The notes below the pieces were generated by a model. The model made no database searches. It was not told the DNA's origin and saw only the letters and a list, made by a program, of their open reading frames with translations. This document shows positions 29,492-39,285 of a stretch of 64,000 nucleotides of DNA, in pieces. Numbering within the stretch: position 1 is the first letter of the stretch; every line of letters begins with the position of its first letter. The DNA comes from Vicinamibacterales bacterium. GTDB taxonomy: Bacteria > Acidobacteriota > Vicinamibacteria > Vicinamibacterales > SCN-69-37. Made by a program: the position numbers and the translations under genes. The DNA is taken from contig JBBDWL010000062.1 in NCBI GenBank assembly GCA_040902895.1, positions 74,894 through 138,893 on the forward strand. Reading direction: 5' to 3'.

Positions 29492-32152
29492 TCAGTCGGC
29501 GCGCAGCACTTGAGCCGGATCTACGCGGCTGGCGCGCACGGCGGGGATCAACGATCCGGCCGCCGCCGTGGCGACGACGGCGCCGACGGCCAGGAACCAG
29601 ATCGTGGGTTGATAGACGGTCACGTTATAAAGGTGCGACTCGAGGAAGCGCGCGAGCCAGGCCGCCACGACGACACCGGCAACAAGGCCGGCGCCCACGG
29701 TGGCGGCCTCGCCCGCAACCAGCGCCGTCACGACGCCCTCGCGCGTCGAGCCCAGCGCCATCCGAATGCCGACCTCTCGCGTCCGGCGCGCCGCCGACAT
29801 CGCGATGACGCCGAGAATGCCGGCGCCGACCAGGACGAGCGCCGCCGCGCCGAACGCGCCGAAGAGCCAGCCGAGAAAGCGGCGCGGCCGAATCGTATCG
29901 GCGAGGATGTCGGTCGCCGTCTGCGCGCGGACGGCGGTGAGCGCTGGCGCCGATGCCTCCGCAAGCCGGACGACTTCCGAGAGCACGCGTCCGGTGGCGC
30001 CGGGCGCTCGAATGGCGACAACAGGCGCGGTCTCGAAATTCAGCGCCGCGTACGAACCGTAGACGACCGGATATGGATCGACGTCGAGCGCGTTGTATCG
30101 CACGTCGGCAACGATTCCGACCACTGTGTGCGCACGGCGGGGCTGACTGGGATCGGGCTTCGCATTCGGCAGCATCGCCTGCGTGTACAGGTCACGTCCA
30201 ATCGCATCGCCGTCGTGCCAGAAGGAGCGAGCCGCCGCCTGACTCACGGCTATCACCGGAGCGCCGCGATCGAGCTCGCCATCGGCCGGAAAACGGCCGG
30301 CGATGAGAGACAGGCCTGCGGCCTCGAAGAATCCGCCCGTGACTGGCAGCCCTATGTGATGGCGAGTGTCATCGGACAGCGAAAACGCGACGTTCTCGAT
30401 ATGTGATCGATCGAGCACGTGCGCATCGATTGCCCCGGCCGCACGGACGCCCGGAATGGATCGCACGCGGCGAAGAAACGCTGCGAGCTCTTCTGCCACG
30501 CCCGGCGCGGGTTTTCCAAACACGTGCCGGCCGTCCGGCGGAATCCGCAGCTCGACGAACGACAGATCCTCGGGATCGATGCCCGGCTCGTTCCGCCAGG
30601 CCTGTGCAACGCTGCCCACGAGCAATGACCCGCCGACAGCGAGGACGAGCCCGACCGCGACCTGCGCGGCAACCGCGAGCCGGCGTCCGACGGACGCTGC
30701 GCGCGGCGTCGATGTGACCGCCGCGCCCGCCACGGGCGCGGCGAGTCCAAGCGCGCGTCTGATCGGCCAGATTGAGACAAGCAGGACCGACACAGTCGTG
30801 GCGAAGAGCGCGAATGCGGCCACGCGCCAGTCGATGACCGGCGTCTTGAGCAGCAGGAGATTGCCGGGCATCACGTCGAGCGCGACGCGCAGCAGCCAGG
30901 GCGCGGCAACGAGGCCAAGGCCCGCGCCTGACGCCACGAGCACGGCGTTCTCGATCAACACGGACCGCGCGATGTGCCACGTGCCCGCGCCTATCGCGCG
31001 GCGAAGGCCGATCTCGCGCGCGCGATCGAGGCTGCGCGCCGCCATCAGGCCCGACACGTTCAGACAGGCGATCAGCACGAGCAGCGCCGCCGCGAGAAAC
31101 GCCCCCGAGAACACGCGCGCGGAGCCCTCCGCCATCCGTTCGCCCAGCGGATGCAGCGTCGCGCGATCGAAGGGACCGAGGTATCGCCTCCCGTCCGGCC
31201 TGAGGTTCCGGCCGGCGGCGTCAGCAGCCATCACCGCTTCCAGCCGATCCCGCACTGCCAAAGCAGACTCCCCGGCGGGCAAGCGCATGACGACTTCGAG
31301 GGAGCGTTGGGTGGGACGGGCCGCCATGCCGAGCAAGGGCAACAGAATCTCTGCGTGAACCTCGACGCTCGGAAAGACGAAGCCTTCTGGCATCACGCCG
31401 ACGACTTCCCCGGTGCCGCCCGCGCGAGGATCGACCGCGAGACGGCGTCCCAACACCTGCGGATCGCCTGCGAAGCGCTGCTGCCACACGTGGTGGCTCA
31501 CGATAATCGGTATGACCCGCCCGACTTCGCCGAAATGCTGTGGGGTGAAGCCGCCCATCATCGGCCTCACGCCAATCACGTCGAAGAACTCCGGTCCAAT
31601 CATCGCGGCTGCGAGGCCGGTTTGGTTCACGGCTTCGGCGCCGCTCGTCCGATTGCCGTCGAAACCTGTGAACTCGACGTCGGGCATGGCGGTGCGCCAG
31701 ACGTCCAGCTCACGCAGGCTCACCGACGGCGTGCCGCGAATACGTTCGGTAAAGCCAGGCTCGAGCGAGTACAACTCGTGCGCCCTGGGATACGGCAGCG
31801 GCTTGAAGAGCACGCCGTCGACGACGGCGAAGACGGTGGTGGCGAGCGCCATGCTCAGCGCGATGACGCCGATGACGGCGGCGGCGTACCACGGCGCCCG
31901 GCGGAGGGAACGCAGCGCGTGTCGCAGGTCACGGCCATGGCCGCCGGCGTTGAACGCGCTGGCCAGGCGGCGTATGCCGGCAAGGGCACGTGCCGCCGCG
32001 ACGGCGGTCAGCATCGTGAGCGCCGTCCGCCAGTACCATGCGGTGCCGGCGGCCGTGCCGCGCGCGGATCGCCTGAGGCGTTCTTCATGCAGATCGCCGG
32101 CAATCGAGTCGGCCAGGTCGTCGCCGGTCAGCCAGCGCAGCAGTCTGAGCAT
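29492..32152 (-). CDS. ADOP duplicated permease with prefix-2-type N-terminus
   Basis: GGAGG ribosome binding site before ATG 32152. SIAGDLHEE...WYWR, RDLRHALRSL, two FtsX modules, RASRVDPAQVLRAD. Confidence 0.9.
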   Translation of the reverse strand: MLRLLRWLTGDDLADSIAGDLHEERLRRSARGTAAGTAWYWRTALTMLTAVAAARALAGIRRLASAFNAGGHGRDLRHALRSLRRAPWYAAAVIGVIALSMALATTVFAVVDGVLFKPLPYPRAHELYSLEPGFTERIRGTPSVSLRELDVWRTAMPDVEFTGFDGNRTSGAEAVNQTGLAAAMIGPEFFDVIGVRPMMGGFTPQHFGEVGRVIPIIVSHHVWQQRFAGDPQVLGRRLAVDPRAGGTGEVVGVMPEGFVFPSVEVHAEILLPLLGMAARPTQRSLEVVMRLPAGESALAVRDRLEAVMAADAAGRNLRPDGRRYLGPFDRATLHPLGERMAEGSARVFSGAFLAAALLVLIACLNVSGLMAARSLDRAREIGLRRAIGAGTWHIARSVLIENAVLVASGAGLGLVAAPWLLRVALDVMPGNLLLLKTPVIDWRVAAFALFATTVSVLLVSIWPIRRALGLAAPVAGAAVTSTPRAASVGRRLAVAAQVAVGLVLAVGGSLLVGSVAQAWRNEPGIDPEDLSFVELRIPPDGRHVFGKPAPGVAEELAAFLRRVRSIPGVRAAGAIDAHVLDRSHIENVAFSLSDDTRHHIGLPVTGGFFEAAGLSLIAGRFPADGELDRGAPVIAVSQAAARSFWHDGDAIGRDLYTQAMLPNAKPDPSQPRRAHTVVGIVADVRYNALDVDPYPVVYGSYAALNFETAPVVAIRAPGATGRVLSEVVRLAEASAPALTAVRAQTATDILADTIRPRRFLGWLFGAFGAAALVLVGAGILGVIAMSAARRTREVGIRMALGSTREGVVTALVAGEAATVGAGLVAGVVVAAWLARFLESHLYNVTVYQPTIWFLAVGAVVATAAAGSLIPAVRASRVDPAQVLRAD

Positions 32153-32203
32153 CTCGTTCCTCCGGCTCCAGGCCGATCGTGTTCCCGGAGCCCGGCTCAC
32201 GCG

Positions 32204-32542
32204 TCAGATTTCGGATCCACGGACGCCGTCCCACAGCGCCGTCAGCGCGCGCCGCGATGCCCGCAACGCCGCCAGCGCGGACTTCGTCACGCGATAGCAC
32301 CGCTTCGCGCGGCCGCCGCGTTCGGGCGTGGGCCCGGTGAGGTACGACGACAGCAGCCCTTTCTTCTCGAGCCGGTCGAGTGTCATGTACACGGCGCCGC
32401 GCGACGCGCGCCGATTTGTCCGCGTCTCGAGCTCCGCCAGTACATTCAGGCCGTATGCATCGTCATCCCGCCCGGCACAGAGCACGGCCAGCAGCACCAT
32501 CTGCTCGAATTCGCCCAGGGCCGGCGGCGTCTCTCGCCCCAT
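32204..32542 (-). CDS. PadR regulator (class B: LGEFEQ)
   Basis: LGEFEQMVLLAVL, AYG, RGAVYMTLDRLEKKG, PERGGRAKR. Confidence 0.92.
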   Translation of the reverse strand: MGRETPPALGEFEQMVLLAVLCAGRDDDAYGLNVLAELETRTNRRASRGAVYMTLDRLEKKGLLSSYLTGPTPERGGRAKRCYRVTKSALAALRASRRALTALWDGVRGSEI

Positions 32543-32550
32543 GCCGCGGA

Positions 32551-32637
32551 CCTTACAGCAACAATGTAGGACAAATCAAGTTCTCGGCCTGCCGCGCGTA
32601 GGCTTTCTACACAACATGTAGTAGGATTCCTACACAA
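32551..32637. promoter_or_regulatory. Operators between back-to-back PadR genes
   Basis: TTACAGC-AAC-AATGTAG lies next to the class B gene. GTAGGCTTTCTACACAA (32598-32614) and GTAGGATTCCTACACAA (32621-32637), both TAG-N5-CTA palindromes, lie next to the class A gene. Confidence 0.7.
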
Positions 32638-32993
32638 TGGCTCACAAGCCGCCGTCCCGTGTCGAGCTCCTGCGCGGCACCCTCGATCTGCTGATCCTCC
32701 GTACGCTGCTGCCGGGTCCAAGTCATGGTCACGCTATCGCCAAACATATTCAGCGGACCTCGGACGACCTGCTGAAGGTCGAAACCGGCTCTCTCTACCC
32801 CGCGCTCTACCGGCTCGAAGCCAATGGGTGGGTCGCAGCGTCCTGGGAGCTGTCCGAGAAGGGCAAGCGCGCCCGCTACTACCGAATCACGCCCAAGGGA
32901 CGAAAGCAGCTGGCCAGCGAACAGTCGAAATGGGACGCATTCGCGCGTGCCATGGGATTGCTGCTGAAGCCACTCGGTGAGGAGGGACGATGA
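32637..32993 (+). CDS. PadR regulator, acidobacterial type (class A)
   Basis: ELLRGTLDLLILRTL, HGHAIAKHI, GSLYPALYRLE, YYRITPKGRKQL. Confidence 0.93.
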   Translation: MAHKPPSRVELLRGTLDLLILRTLLPGPSHGHAIAKHIQRTSDDLLKVETGSLYPALYRLEANGWVAASWELSEKGKRARYYRITPKGRKQLASEQSKWDAFARAMGLLLKPLGEEGR

Positions 32994-35728
32994 CGCCGCT
33001 CTTTCGGAAGCTCGTGTGGTGGATGCGCCGCCGGCGGAAGGAGGACGAACTCCGCGAGGAGCTCGAATTCCACCTTGCGAACGAAGCTGACGAGCGTGAG
33101 GTTGACGGACTCGCGCACGACCAGGCGAGATGGGCCGCCCATCGCGATTTGGGCAATGTGACGCTGCTGCGGGAAGACACCCGCAGGCTTTGGACGTGGA
33201 CGCCGGTCGAACAGCTCGCGCAGGACCTGCGCTACGCCGTGTGGATGATGTTCAAGCACCCCACGTTTACAGCCCTGGCCGCCCTTTCGCTCGCGCTCGG
33301 GATCGGCGCGAATACCGCGATCTTCAGTCTGGTCAACGCGACGCTGCTCCAGCGGCTACCGGTCGATGACCGGGAGCGGCTGGTTTACGTGCACAGGGCG
33401 AGGGTTGGTGGCGTGTTCTCGTACCCGCTGTACCAGGCACTACGTGACGGCAGCCATGTTTTCGAAGGGTTGGCCGCCTGGGCGGGCGTGACGCTCAGTC
33501 TAAACGCCGACAATACGACCGACCTTGTCGACGGCGCGATCGTCACCGGGAACTTCTTCGACGTTCTTGGAATTCGTGCCTCGGAAGGACGGCTGCTTGC
33601 CCCTTCGGACGATGTGACGGTGCGCGCACATCCGGTCGCGGTGATCAGCCATGACTTGTGGCAGACCCGGTTTGGCGGTCGCGCCGATATCGTCGGGCGA
33701 GACATTCGGCTGAATGGTCACGCGTTCACGATCGTCGGCGTGACACCGGCTGCGTTTCCCGGTCCGCAGCTCGGAACGGCGCGCCAGGTGTACGCGCCGA
33801 TGATGATGCAGGCGATCTTGCGGCCGTCCGGGACCGGGGAACAGAACCCGGATCTGCTCGCAGACCGCAGAAGGCGCACCGATGGCGCCAGGGGACCTAC
33901 ACCGAGCTGGTTGTTTGGGTTGGGCCGCCTCAACCCCGGGATCACACTGGATCAAGCACGCGCAGAACTCGGGACACTTGCGACAAATTACGAGCGAACG
34001 TTTGACCCATCCGACCCTCCCGAACTCGTCGCCCTTGTGCCATTGGATCAGGGGGACCCTCGCGAACGTCAACAACTTCAGTCGGTCGCGTTGCTCTTGG
34101 GCGGTGTCGCTGCCGCCGTACTGCTGATTGCCTGCGCAAACATCGCAAACCTGCTGCTCGCGAGAACTGCCTCGCGGAGGCGCGAGTTCTCGGTCCGGCT
34201 GGCCGTCGGCGCGAGCCGCGCGCGCCTCATGCGACAGCTCCTCACCGAGAGCGTGCTCCTGTCGACTATCGGCGGTGTCATCGGCCTCGGGTTCGCTTGG
34301 GTAGTCGTGCTGTCATTCCAGGCGGCGCCCCCGCCGCCGGGCGCGCTGCCCCTCGCGATTGAGTTTTCAATTGATCAGCGCGTGCTGTTGTTCTCGGTCG
34401 TGCTGTCGTTTGTCACCGGTATCGTGTTTGGGATCGTTCCCGCCCTGAAGGCGTCACGCCCGAACCTCGTGCCGGCGCTCAAGGATGTGTCGGCGGAAAT
34501 CGATGAACGCAGGCGCTGGTTCAGCACGCAGAAAACGCTTGTGGTCGCGGAAGTCGCGCTCTCGATGCTGCTGTTGATCCCAGCCGGGCTTTTTGTTCGC
34601 AGCTTACAAGCTGCTCGCTCAATCGATCCCGGTATCGATGTCGAAAAGCTGGTCGCCGTGCCGCTTAATATCAACGTCCTCCGCTATACCACGGCCAAGG
34701 GGCGAGAGTTTTACCGACAAGTGGTGGAGCGAGTGGAGCGTTTGCCAGGTGTTGAAGCGGCGAGTGTCGCGCGCGTGCCGGTGATGAGCGGAACAGGCCG
34801 TGTGTCCGGTCTCATGGTCGAGGGGCGCCAAGGGTACTCGGAGGAGTTTGTGTTTGGTGCGGGTCCCGGAGTCGTGAGCGCCGATCCAACCCAGATCAAC
34901 ACGAATGTCGTGGGTCCGGGATTCTTTGCCACCCTTGGGATCCCGCTCATCATCGGCCGCGATTTCAGCGAGCAGGACGCACAAGGCGGGCCGCGGGTTG
35001 TGATCGTTACCGAGACGACTATGAAGAGGGATTTCAGTGGCAAGAACCCCGTCGGGCAGCGGGTCAGTTTCGGCGGCCAGGAAGGGCCATGGCGCGAGAT
35101 TGTCGGTGTTGTTCGCGACAGTAAATACGCCGCGCTCGGCGAGGCCGCGCTGGCGGTCGCATATCTCCCGCTTGCGCAGAATCATCAACCGGGTATGACA
35201 CTCTACGTTCGCACGTCGATACCGCCCGCATCGGTCATTGGGAGCCTGCGGCGCGAGTTACAGGCGATCGAACCAAACCTGCCTGTGGCGGATATCCGCA
35301 CGATGACGAGCACGATCGGTGCCTCGCTTTATGCCTCGCGAATGGGGGCGTGGCTCCTCTCGGTGTTTGGCGGTCTCGCCCTGCTCCTCGCCGCGATCGG
35401 TATTTATGGCGTGCTCTCGTTTTCGATCTCCCGCCGCACGCGCGAAATGGGCATACGCTTGGCGCTCGGCGCAGACACCCGCAACGTGTTTTGGCTGGTC
35501 GTACGTGATGGCATGATGCTGGTCGTCGTCGGGATCATCATCGGTGTGACCGGAGGCCTGATAGGCGCGCAATGGCTGTCCAGCTTCCTCTACGGGATTC
35601 CGACGACGGATGTGGCAACCTTTGCCGCCATGACGGGTGCGCTCGCAGCCGTTGCGCTCGCCGCGTGCGTGATACCCGCACGCCGCGCCATGAGAGTGAA
35701 TCCGATCACCGCGCTGCGGTACGAGTGA
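32990..35728 (+). CDS. ADOP duplicated permease with prefix-1-type N-terminus
   Basis: ATGA overlap with PadR. EDELREELEFHL, QDLRYA, LALGIGANTAIFS, PARRAMRVNPITALRYE. Confidence 0.93.
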   Translation: MTPLFRKLVWWMRRRRKEDELREELEFHLANEADEREVDGLAHDQARWAAHRDLGNVTLLREDTRRLWTWTPVEQLAQDLRYAVWMMFKHPTFTALAALSLALGIGANTAIFSLVNATLLQRLPVDDRERLVYVHRARVGGVFSYPLYQALRDGSHVFEGLAAWAGVTLSLNADNTTDLVDGAIVTGNFFDVLGIRASEGRLLAPSDDVTVRAHPVAVISHDLWQTRFGGRADIVGRDIRLNGHAFTIVGVTPAAFPGPQLGTARQVYAPMMMQAILRPSGTGEQNPDLLADRRRRTDGARGPTPSWLFGLGRLNPGITLDQARAELGTLATNYERTFDPSDPPELVALVPLDQGDPRERQQLQSVALLLGGVAAAVLLIACANIANLLLARTASRRREFSVRLAVGASRARLMRQLLTESVLLSTIGGVIGLGFAWVVVLSFQAAPPPPGALPLAIEFSIDQRVLLFSVVLSFVTGIVFGIVPALKASRPNLVPALKDVSAEIDERRRWFSTQKTLVVAEVALSMLLLIPAGLFVRSLQAARSIDPGIDVEKLVAVPLNINVLRYTTAKGREFYRQVVERVERLPGVEAASVARVPVMSGTGRVSGLMVEGRQGYSEEFVFGAGPGVVSADPTQINTNVVGPGFFATLGIPLIIGRDFSEQDAQGGPRVVIVTETTMKRDFSGKNPVGQRVSFGGQEGPWREIVGVVRDSKYAALGEAALAVAYLPLAQNHQPGMTLYVRTSIPPASVIGSLRRELQAIEPNLPVADIRTMTSTIGASLYASRMGAWLLSVFGGLALLLAAIGIYGVLSFSISRRTREMGIRLALGADTRNVFWLVVRDGMMLVVVGIIIGVTGGLIGAQWLSSFLYGIPTTDVATFAAMTGALAAVALAACVIPARRAMRVNPITALRYE

Positions 35729-35768
35729 CGTCAGGGGCCCCACGTTGTCCATCTGGTGCGAACTGGCT

Positions 35769-35870
35769 TACGCACTGGCCCTCGCCGCCGCGGTCCTCCC
35801 GTGCGCCGCATTCGTAGCCGGCTCGGCGGGCTCACGAGTCGATCCGATCATCGCGCTTCGGCACGACTGA
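35769..35870 (+). pseudogene. Eroded 3' fragment of another ADOP permease
   Basis: Reads YALALAAAVLPCAAFV...SRVDPIIALRHD-stop, with CCG GCT CGG CGG GC (PARRA) in the adjacent frame. Matches the ADOP C-terminal PARRAxRVDPxxALRxE. Confidence 0.7.
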
Positions 35871-36023
35871 CGTCGTCCCAAAGGCGGACCACCGCGTCCC
35901 ACAATCGAGCAGGTCAGGTCGGACTGCAGAGACCAGTCTCGTCGGTTAAGTGACAGAGGCACCGAAAGTTATCTCAAACGATGGGCCTGGCATCTCGAGT
36001 GCAACCGGCGGCGTGGTGATCCG

Positions 36024-38525
36024 ATGCTGCCGTCGTTGATACAGGACGTGACTTACGCGGTTCGCGGGTTGCGGAAACACCCGGCCTTCACAGTCGCCAT
36101 CGTGTTGTCGCTCGCCCTGGGCATTGGCGCCAACACGGCGATCTTCACGTTGATGGACGCGGTGCTGTGGCGGATGCTGCCTGTGAGCGATCCCGGAAGT
36201 CTGCTGATAATTGCACGGCGGGATGGCCGCAACGTCCGGCCCGGATTCACCTACGACGAGTTCCGGCTCCTGCGCGACTCACGTGATGCGGCGCAGGTCG
36301 CGGGATCCGCCTCTGCCCCGATCCACGTCAGCGTTGATGGTCCTGCCGAACCCACGGTGCAGGGACAACTCGTCACCGGCAATTACTTCGCGTTGTTAGG
36401 GGTGAGGGCTGCGATTGGACGGACAATCGGCCCCGAAGACGACCGCGTCCCAAATGGCCATCCGGTGGTGATGTTGAGTGACGGATATTGGGAGCGCCGA
36501 TTCGCACGCGATCCAGCCGTCGTCGGTCGCACCGTCAGGCTATCGGCCCTGCCGTTTACGGTTATTGGCGTGACGCCGCCGGGATTCTTTGGCGTCGAGG
36601 TCGGCAGTTCCCCCGATCTCTTCCTGCCGATCATGATGCAACCCACGGTGATGCCGGCAGTCGAGAACCTGCTGGAGGATCCTTTGATCAGCCGAACGTG
36701 GGTACAAGCCATCGCGCGCACGCGACCAGGCACAAGCGCGGAACAGGCTGCGGCCGTGCTTGATGCCGTCCTTCGCGGTGATGCAAGAGACGCAAGCGCG
36801 CCGCATCCAAATGTCATCCTCACTCACACCGGTGCGGTCTCGGTATTGCGGCGCCAGTTTTCGCTTCCCCTGTTCGTGCTTCAAGCCATGGTGGGTCTGG
36901 TCCTTCTGACAGCATGTGCGAATACCGCAAACCTGCTGCTCGCCCGTGCCTCTGCACGGCGTCCGGAATTTGCGATGCGGCTCGCGCTTGGAGCGAGCCG
37001 CCCACGCCTGGTGCGCCAGCTGCTGGTCGAAAGCCTTGTACTCGCATCTATCGGTGGCCTGTTTGGACTTCTAGTCGCGAGTTGGACGACGGAGCTGCTC
37101 CTTGCCTACATCTCGTCGGGCCGGACACCGATTACGCTGGATGTCACACCCAATTCCAGAATTCTGGCGTTTACGACCGCCGTGTCACTCCTCACCGGCG
37201 TCCTGTTTGGTCTTGCGCCCGCGTGGCGGCTCACGCGCATCGATTTGCAAAGCGCGCTCAAAGGCGTCCGCGGCTCGGTTACCCGAGGTCTGCGATTCGA
37301 TCGCGTGCTCTCGATCGCGCAGCTGGCACTATCGTTGGTCTTATTGATTGCGGCTGGTCTATTCGCGCGCAGCCTCCAGAACCTCGCCGGCGACGACAAC
37401 GGACTGCGGCAGCGCGTGATCACCACGCGGGTAGAACCGAAGGGGAGCGATCAGAGAGGCATCGCCGGAACGGCAGAACGTCTCGATCGCACGTATCAGG
37501 ATCTCATGCGCCTGGTTCGGGATCTCCCCGATGTTCAAATGGCGAGCATGGCGAACACGATTCCAACCGCGCCGACATCGACGTCGAGCCAGGCGATCCT
37601 GCTGCCGTCTGGTCTGCAGGTGCGTATACCCGTATTGATGGTGTACCCGAATTACTTCAGTACGATTGGCGTCCCGCTCTTGCGCGGACGCGACTTCACG
37701 GAAGCCGACCTCCAGCTGTCCGCACCGGCGGTATGCATCGTCAACGAATCTTTCGCGCGGCAAATGTTCCCGGAAGGTGACGACCCGATCGGCAAGCCTT
37801 GCGCCACGCGACGCCGCCCGCGGCTGCTGTCCACGATCGGACAGGCGGACACCCCGATGCCCGCCGAACCGTTCGCGATCGTCGGCGTGGTCCGAGACTC
37901 ACGGTACAGCAACCCGCGGGGTGAGACGCGTCCGGTGATCTACTCGACGTTTCTCCAGACGAACACCGGACGAGGGCAAATGGTCCTGCACGTTCGCACC
38001 AGCGGGAATCAAGGCGCCGTGATCCAGCGCATCCGCGAAGCGGTCGCAACTCTGGATCCGGCTCTGCCGATGTTCGACGTCCGCACGCTCGAGGAAGAAA
38101 TGAATGCCGCCCTGGTACAGCAACGGCTGATCGCGTTGCTCTCGGGCGTGTTCGGCGGGCTCGCGTTGGTGCTGGCGTGTGTTGGCCTCTACGGTTTGTT
38201 GGCATTCACGATCATGCAGCGGAAGCATGAAATCGGCATCCGCATGGCGCTCGGCGCACGGCGCGCGATGGTCGTCCGACTCGTGTTGTGCGATGCGCTG
38301 CTTCTGGTCGCAGTCGGTATTGCGATTGGCGTCCCCGCCGCCCTCGCCGTGGCCCGTCTCGCATCGAGTCAGATCTCCGGCCTCGTGTTTGGATTGGAGT
38401 CCACTGATGCCCTGACGATCGCGGGCGCGATCGGGACGTTGACAGCTGTCGCGGCGCTGGCTGCGTACCTGCCCGCGAGGCGAGCGTCGCAAATCGACCC
38501 TCTGGTCGTTTTCCGTAGCGAGTAG
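36024..38525 (+). CDS. ADOP duplicated permease, no prefix domain, no adjacent PadR
   Basis: Starts directly at LIQDVTYAVRGLRK. LALGIGANTAIF, two FtsX modules, PARRASQIDP. Confidence 0.92.
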   Translation: MLPSLIQDVTYAVRGLRKHPAFTVAIVLSLALGIGANTAIFTLMDAVLWRMLPVSDPGSLLIIARRDGRNVRPGFTYDEFRLLRDSRDAAQVAGSASAPIHVSVDGPAEPTVQGQLVTGNYFALLGVRAAIGRTIGPEDDRVPNGHPVVMLSDGYWERRFARDPAVVGRTVRLSALPFTVIGVTPPGFFGVEVGSSPDLFLPIMMQPTVMPAVENLLEDPLISRTWVQAIARTRPGTSAEQAAAVLDAVLRGDARDASAPHPNVILTHTGAVSVLRRQFSLPLFVLQAMVGLVLLTACANTANLLLARASARRPEFAMRLALGASRPRLVRQLLVESLVLASIGGLFGLLVASWTTELLLAYISSGRTPITLDVTPNSRILAFTTAVSLLTGVLFGLAPAWRLTRIDLQSALKGVRGSVTRGLRFDRVLSIAQLALSLVLLIAAGLFARSLQNLAGDDNGLRQRVITTRVEPKGSDQRGIAGTAERLDRTYQDLMRLVRDLPDVQMASMANTIPTAPTSTSSQAILLPSGLQVRIPVLMVYPNYFSTIGVPLLRGRDFTEADLQLSAPAVCIVNESFARQMFPEGDDPIGKPCATRRRPRLLSTIGQADTPMPAEPFAIVGVVRDSRYSNPRGETRPVIYSTFLQTNTGRGQMVLHVRTSGNQGAVIQRIREAVATLDPALPMFDVRTLEEEMNAALVQQRLIALLSGVFGGLALVLACVGLYGLLAFTIMQRKHEIGIRMALGARRAMVVRLVLCDALLLVAVGIAIGVPAALAVARLASSQISGLVFGLESTDALTIAGAIGTLTAVAALAAYLPARRASQIDPLVVFRSE

Positions 38526-38571
38526 CCTCCCTACACTGCCCGTGAGGCCCCTCGTGGGCAACCGTCTGCCG

Positions 38572-38599
38572 CGAACGGCGCCCGGATTGACGCAAACGG
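38572..38599 (-). promoter_or_regulatory. Second copy of the LytTR-type direct-repeat box (orphaned)
   Basis: CGAACGGCGCCCGGATTGACGCAAACGG is 26/28 identical to 42628-42655. Confidence 0.7.
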
Positions 38600-38751
38600 G
38601 CCGAAAGGCCCCGCGGCGTGGGTTTCCTGCGGCTCGTGCGTCATTAATGTAGGAAACACACTTGACTTGCCGTGGTATCTGCGCGCCGCTGCTCAGCGCG
38701 AATCGGCAGGCTACCACGGCAAGTCAAGTGGTTTCCCGGATGATAGAGCGC

Positions 38752-39285
38752 ATGGCGACCCCCGGCGGCGAGCCCGTCGACCCGATTGTCGTGGTTTACC
38801 GCGAGACGATTGATCCGCTCTATCGCTACGTCTCGCGCAGTTGCGGGGGAGACAGGGCCCTTGCCGAAGACGTGACGCAGGAGACCTGGCTCCGCGCGGT
38901 GCGCGACTGGCGCCGGAAGGGACCGCCCGAACAGCCGATCGCGTGGCTGACGACCGTCGCACGGAACCTCATCGTCACGCACTACCGCGGGCGGCGGCGT
39001 CCAGCGCCAGATTCGGCGCTCGAGGGTCAGGCGTCCACGGCCAATATCGAGCGTGAGGCCGAGGCGGCGCAAGCCGTCACCGCTGTGCATCACGCGCTGT
39101 CGCGCATGCCGGCGTCGCAGGCGGAATTGCTCGAGACATTTCATTTCGACGAACGCGCGACGGCCGATATCGCCGACGAAGCCGGACTCTCGGAGCGCGC
39201 CGTCGAAGGACGGCTTCGCCGCGCGCGCCAGCGGCTCCGCCGCGAGCTCGTATCGCTCTTGAAAATCAATGGAGGCCCTCGATGA
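38752..39285 (+). CDS. ECF sigma-70 factor
   Basis: LYRYVSR, AEDVTQETWL, WLTTVARN (region 2) and DIADEAGLSERAVEGRLRRAR (region 4). The start could alternatively be ATG 38740. Confidence 0.9.
   Translation: MATPGGEPVDPIVVVYRETIDPLYRYVSRSCGGDRALAEDVTQETWLRAVRDWRRKGPPEQPIAWLTTVARNLIVTHYRGRRRPAPDSALEGQASTANIEREAEAAQAVTAVHHALSRMPASQAELLETFHFDERATADIADEAGLSERAVEGRLRRARQRLRRELVSLLKINGGPR

Noticed and set aside
32598-32637. Direct repeats as a mini-CRISPR or guide array
   Set aside because: Only two 17-bp copies with a 6-nt gap, no cas genes, and the position fits an operator.
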